Source: a bacterium
Lineage (GTDB): Bacteria; UBA8248
Assembly: GCA_965202625.1 (NCBI GenBank)
Contig: CBDBBI010000010.1
Location: forward strand, 800,001-864,000
Direction: 5' to 3'
DNA length: 64,000 bases
Each line of letters begins with the position of its first letter. Positions within the stretch are counted from its first letter, which is position 1. A program made the translations under genes and the position numbers. Shown piece by piece: positions 59,613-64,000 of the stretch. Under the pieces are notes generated by a model, which saw only the letters and a list, made by a program, of their open reading frames with translations, was not told the DNA's origin and ran no database searches.

Positions 59613-62162
59613 ATGAACACTGTGCTCTCGTTTCAGGTCGTTCCCAAGGTTCCTTCCGGATTGAAAGAACTTGAAGCCATCGCCAGCAACGTTGCCTTTG
59701 ACTGGAACCATCGTGCGCGCGCGCTGTTCAAACAACTGGACAAAACCCAGTGGGAGGAGTGTCACTACAACCCCGTCAAGATGCTGGGGTGCGTCTCTCA
59801 GAGGCGGCTCAATGAAGTAGTGCGCGATGCGCATTTCCTCAGCGAGATGAAAAGCGTCCTGAAGGAGCTTCACGCATATCTCGAAAAACCCACCTGGTAC
59901 CAAAACTTGCCCGAAAGCGAGAGGGACGCCGACCTCAGCATCGCCTATTTCAGTATGGAATTTGGGCTGACGGAATCCGTGCCCAACTACTCAGGCGGCC
60001 TAGGCGTCCTCGCCGGCGACCACATGAAATCCGCAAGCGACCTAGGGCTGCCCCTCATCGGTGTCGGGCTCTTATATAGCCAAGGATATTTTCGGCAACA
60101 CCTTGGTCCTGACGGCTGGCAGCAAGAGCGCTATCCGGACAACGATTTTCATCTCATGCCCCTCCATCTCGAGCGCGACGAGAGCGGCGCACCCATCACG
60201 GTAGAGATCGACTACCCCGACGGCCTTCTCACCGCGCAAATCTGGCGTGTTCAGGTTGGCCGCAACCCTATCTATCTCATGGACGCGAACATCCCCGAAA
60301 ACGCAACCTCGCTGCGCGAAATTACTTTAGCCCTTTATGGTGGGGACATGGAGACGCGAATTCGCCAGGAGATATTGCTCGGCATCGGCGGCGTAAGGCT
60401 GCTCCACAAGCTGAATCTCCCGCCCGTCGTCTGCCACATGAACGAGGGGCATTCCGCCTTCCTTGCACTCGAGAGAATCCGATTCTCGATGGAGAAATTC
60501 GGGATCAACGCCGGCACTGCTCGAGAGTTGACCTCGGCGAGCAACATCTTCACGACGCACACGCCCGTTCCGGCGGGCATCGATATTTTTCCACCCGACA
60601 TGATGGAAAAATACTTCCGCGCTTATGCGAAATCCCTCTCGATGGACTGGGACGACTTTCTGGGACTGGGCCGGGTCCACCCCGAACAGGGGGCTGAGCC
60701 CTTCAACATGGCCGTCCTCGCACTGCGCCTCTCCTCTGCGGCGAACGGCGTCAGCAAACTTCATGGAGAAGTCTCCCGAAAAATGTGGCAATCGATGTGG
60801 CCGGAAGTCCCCGAACACGATATCCCCATCGACTCGGTCACGAACGGCGTTCATTTCCCCACCTGGGTGTCTACCGAGATAAAAGGGGTGTTCGATCATT
60901 ACCTGGGCGGCGTTTGGGCGGATGAGACGGACAACTCCGAGATATGGGAGAGAGCCGCCTCCATTCCGGAGAGCGAGCTCTGGGCTGTCAAAGAGAAAAA
61001 TCGCGAGCGTCTCATCCGCTTTTGTCGTGAACACATCCTCAGGGGGCCGTTGGGGGGCATCCACCACTCCGGCGGCGCCATACTCCCCAACCCCAAAGCC
61101 CTGACGATTGGGTTCGCCAGACGCTTCGCCACCTACAAGCGCCCTACCCTTTTGCTCAAACGGCCAGAACGCCTCGTCTCACTCCTCACGAACGAAGAGA
61201 AGCCCATTCAGATCATATTCGCCGGCAAGGCGCACCCCAAAGACATGGAAGGCAAGAGCTTCATCCGAGAACTCATTCATTTCGCCCGAAGAGAGAACGT
61301 GCAACAGAAGCTTATATTCCTGGAGGATTACGACGTCCACGCCGCGCGGCAACTCGTGCAAGGGGTGGATTTATGGCTCAACAACCCGCGTCGCCCGCAA
61401 GAAGCGAGCGGAACGAGCGGCATGAAAGCCGCCGTCAACGGCGCCTTGAACCTGAGCATACTGGACGGCTGGTGGGCGGAGGGGTATTCGAGTCGTCTGG
61501 GGTGGGCCATCGGCGGCCCGGAGGAGTATGACGACCCTGGCTATCAAGATGAGATGGAGTGCGAGAGTTTATTTAATATTCTCGAGCAGGCCGTGGTTCC
61601 CCTTTTCTACGAGCGCAACCAGGAAGGGGTTCCGCATCGCTGGATGGAGATGGTCAAAAATTCCCTAAAATCCCTTTGCCCGCTATTCAACACCACTCGA
61701 ATGGTTCGTGAATACACCGAGAAATTCTATCTGCCCTTAGGGGCGCACCACGCGCGCCTCATGGAGGATGAGAGGGCGGCCGCGAAGGCGCTCTCCGAGT
61801 GGAAAAAGTGCGCGAGAGACGCATGGCCCGGAGTCGAGATCACCCGCATTTCGATGGCGCAAAACGGCGTCGTCCCGCTGGGCACGAAAATGAGGATCGA
61901 AGCGGAAGTTTCTCTTGGAAGGCTCTCGCCGGAAGAGGTTCGTATCGAAATTTATGAGGGCGCCATGAAGGAGCATAATCACTTAACCGGCGGTGTCGCC
62001 TCCCCCATGACCTTCACGGAAGACTTAGGGGGCGGCACTTACCGTTTTCAAGGCGAGATCGAGTGCTGCAGAACGGGGGCGCATGGCCTCTCGGTTCGCG
62101 CTGTCCCCCATCACCCACACCTCCTTCATCCTTTCAGCCTGCACCTCCTGACATGGGGATAG
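59613..62162 (+). CDS. glgP: Alpha-glucan (glycogen) phosphorylase
   Basis: YSGGLGVLAGD, HMNEGH, FARRFATYKR, EASGTSGMKA (PLP lysine). Confidence 0.96.
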   Translation: MNTVLSFQVVPKVPSGLKELEAIASNVAFDWNHRARALFKQLDKTQWEECHYNPVKMLGCVSQRRLNEVVRDAHFLSEMKSVLKELHAYLEKPTWYQNLPESERDADLSIAYFSMEFGLTESVPNYSGGLGVLAGDHMKSASDLGLPLIGVGLLYSQGYFRQHLGPDGWQQERYPDNDFHLMPLHLERDESGAPITVEIDYPDGLLTAQIWRVQVGRNPIYLMDANIPENATSLREITLALYGGDMETRIRQEILLGIGGVRLLHKLNLPPVVCHMNEGHSAFLALERIRFSMEKFGINAGTARELTSASNIFTTHTPVPAGIDIFPPDMMEKYFRAYAKSLSMDWDDFLGLGRVHPEQGAEPFNMAVLALRLSSAANGVSKLHGEVSRKMWQSMWPEVPEHDIPIDSVTNGVHFPTWVSTEIKGVFDHYLGGVWADETDNSEIWERAASIPESELWAVKEKNRERLIRFCREHILRGPLGGIHHSGGAILPNPKALTIGFARRFATYKRPTLLLKRPERLVSLLTNEEKPIQIIFAGKAHPKDMEGKSFIRELIHFARRENVQQKLIFLEDYDVHAARQLVQGVDLWLNNPRRPQEASGTSGMKAAVNGALNLSILDGWWAEGYSSRLGWAIGGPEEYDDPGYQDEMECESLFNILEQAVVPLFYERNQEGVPHRWMEMVKNSLKSLCPLFNTTRMVREYTEKFYLPLGAHHARLMEDERAAAKALSEWKKCARDAWPGVEITRISMAQNGVVPLGTKMRIEAEVSLGRLSPEEVRIEIYEGAMKEHNHLTGGVASPMTFTEDLGGGTYRFQGEIECCRTGAHGLSVRAVPHHPHLLHPFSLHLLTWG

Positions 62163-62189
62163 CCGCTCGCGCGCAGAGGAGAACACGGC

Positions 62190-62504
62190 ATGAGCGACAA
62201 CAAACCGCACATCGTCGAAATCGGACGCGGGGGAAGAATCCGCCTCCCCAAGGAAATCATGAAATCCATGGGAGCTGTGCCTGGCAACCAGATCAGGTTC
62301 GAGGTGGAGGGAGGCTCCGTGCGAATTCTGCGGCATCAGGTGAAAGACCCGTTCGCCGAAGCCGCCAGAAAAAAGATCCCCGACATCCAGGAATTGATGA
62401 GCCAGCAAGCGGCACGGAAGAAAGAGGCGGCCGACCTTTTCGACAAAGGGATTCAGGAGAAGCACAACATCAGGCCCGAAGATCGGGAAGATTTTTGGCG
62501 ATAA
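62190..62504 (+). CDS. AbrB/MazE/SpoVT-like DNA-binding protein
   Basis: GRGGRIRLPKEI...GAVPGNQIRFEV; no toxin gene adjacent. Confidence 0.75.
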   Translation: MSDNKPHIVEIGRGGRIRLPKEIMKSMGAVPGNQIRFEVEGGSVRILRHQVKDPFAEAARKKIPDIQELMSQQAARKKEAADLFDKGIQEKHNIRPEDREDFWR

Positions 62505-62531
62505 CGGCGAAAGCGCGATCAGCCGAAAACC

Positions 62532-64000
62532 CTAGGCGCTGAATCCCTCCTCAAAGCGCACGTTGGCCGCTTGCCTAAGCTTTTCCAAATACAGCCCAAA
62601 CGCCAGCGCACTTTTCAGGCGAAGCATATCGCGCCAAAAATCCGCTTTCTCGGATTCGAATTTTTTTCCGTTCACCTTAGGCCCCTCTAATACCTCGAAC
62701 AAAATTACGTCTCCGGCAGATTCCGCCATACCGAAATCGCCTTTGTCGAGGGAGAAAGCGACGTCCGATAGATTCATCGAGGGACCAAGCGAGCGAGGGA
62801 CGCCCACGCGCTTGAAAGGTCTGGGCGTGAGCGCTTTCAGTTGGACTCCCTCGGCGACGGAGAGCAGATCGCGCTTTTTGTCCTTCAACTCCTGAAGCCA
62901 TAGTTCCGCCTTTCGTTTTGCGATCTCCGCGCCCTGGAACCGCAAAAACGACTTCTCCGCCACTTCGCGCACGTCCGAAAATTCCGGAACAAAGGGCGCC
63001 CTTTTCGCTTCGAGCCGCACAAAGCTGACGCCCCCCTCGCCTTCTCTCTCCCTGGATATTCGCTCTTTTCCGCTCAAACCAAAGGCAAGCGCGCTCACCA
63101 CTCCAGACGCAGGAACCGTCCGGGGAAGTCGACCTCTTTCAAAGAAATCGGTTTTCCCCTTTCTCAGGCCGGCGAGGGAAGGCTCCGCCTTTTTGTCTTC
63201 GATCGTATAGCGAATTTTTCTCAACGCGCTCCTCGCCTGCTGCTTCGCCCGCAGTCCCCGCAAATCTTTTTCCACCTCGCCTCGAACTTCCTCGAACGGC
63301 CTCTGGCCGGCCAACACCCGATCCTTCACCCATAGGAGATGCATCCCAAAGGAAGTCTTCACCGGCGCGCTCACTCCCCCTTTTTCCAGCCCAAACGCCA
63401 CTTTCTCCAACTCCGGCAGCATCTGTCCCCTGCCGAACGTGCCGAGAGCACCTCCCTGGCTCGCGGCTGGGCCCTCGGAGTGGGTCTTCGCCAATTTGAC
63501 GAACTTCTCGCCTTTGACGATGCGCTCGCGCAATTTTTCGAGTCGTTCCCTGGCCGCCTCAATTCGTTCTTTGTTCACATTCGGCGGAAGTTTCAATAGA
63601 ATTTGATGGGGCCATATGCTCTCCTGACGTTCATACTTCGCGCGGGTTCGGTTATAGTGAGACATTAGGTCCCCGTCGCTGAGCTCGATTTTCTTCTCCA
63701 CCTCGGAGAATGGGAGATGCCACCAAGACACCTTCCTTTGGGGTCCGGTTTTGAATTCGTTCCTGTTTTTCTCATAGTAGGTTTTCAAGTCCGTCTCCGA
63801 GGCCAAAACTTCTTCGGCGAACATCTCCGGTCGCAGACGAATCGCGACCACCTTGATTTCCGCGTTTCTCCACTCATACGCGTCACCCACCTCCTGCGCG
63901 CTGATCGACACGCCCATGCTCACGTAATCCCGAAATTGGCTGAGCAGAGCGCTTCGCCTTTGTCCCTCCTCAAATTGGCGAGGGGTGAGGCCGTTCGCCT
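62532..64000 (-). CDS. PpiD/SurA-like parvulin peptidyl-prolyl isomerase (5' part outside the window)
   Basis: Frame open to the window edge; FVKLAKTHSEGP...GGALG.F.RGQM...PVKTSFGMH rotamase motifs. Confidence 0.88.
   Translation of the reverse strand, partial: ANGLTPRQFEEGQRRSALLSQFRDYVSMGVSISAQEVGDAYEWRNAEIKVVAIRLRPEMFAEEVLASETDLKTYYEKNRNEFKTGPQRKVSWWHLPFSEVEKKIELSDGDLMSHYNRTRAKYERQESIWPHQILLKLPPNVNKERIEAARERLEKLRERIVKGEKFVKLAKTHSEGPAASQGGALGTFGRGQMLPELEKVAFGLEKGGVSAPVKTSFGMHLLWVKDRVLAGQRPFEEVRGEVEKDLRGLRAKQQARSALRKIRYTIEDKKAEPSLAGLRKGKTDFFERGRLPRTVPASGVVSALAFGLSGKERISREREGEGGVSFVRLEAKRAPFVPEFSDVREVAEKSFLRFQGAEIAKRKAELWLQELKDKKRDLLSVAEGVQLKALTPRPFKRVGVPRSLGPSMNLSDVAFSLDKGDFGMAESAGDVILFEVLEGPKVNGKKFESEKADFWRDMLRLKSALAFGLYLEKLRQAANVRFEEGFSA

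Overview
Bacterial chromosomal window; the taxon cannot be read from the sequence alone. It steps from a lower-GC left arm (about 1-15,300: AsmA/DUF748 protein, MFS transporters, gltX plus tRNA-Gln, 1-Cys peroxiredoxin, LLM and CMD redox genes, csp) to a high-GC right part. The right part holds two type II restriction-modification pairs, PhoX, and an accessory island at the 3' end of ybdK bounded by nested direct repeats. That island carries two Cys-rich secreted paralogs, one R-M pair and orphan PD-(D/E)xK-like nucleases. Further right are a TRAP/SDR/CoA-ligase cluster, PLP enzymes, a radical SAM-HhH gene, tRNA-Glu, a sulfur-carrier cysteine operon, thiD, glgP and a partial PpiD-like gene. 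Several decayed pseudogenes are visible. Top leads: (1) two complementary MoeB/ThiF halves, one with only the Arg-finger N-terminus and one with only the catalytic motifs, suggesting a heterodimeric E1 acting on a ubiquitin-like carrier capped as GG-Leu next to a JAB protease; (2) an AhpD-like selenoprotein (CxxU, in-frame TGA plus SECIS-like hairpin) that the ORF track splits in two; (3) an integrase-free insertion hotspot with nested repeats. All product calls come from motif recognition by eye; no database searches were run.
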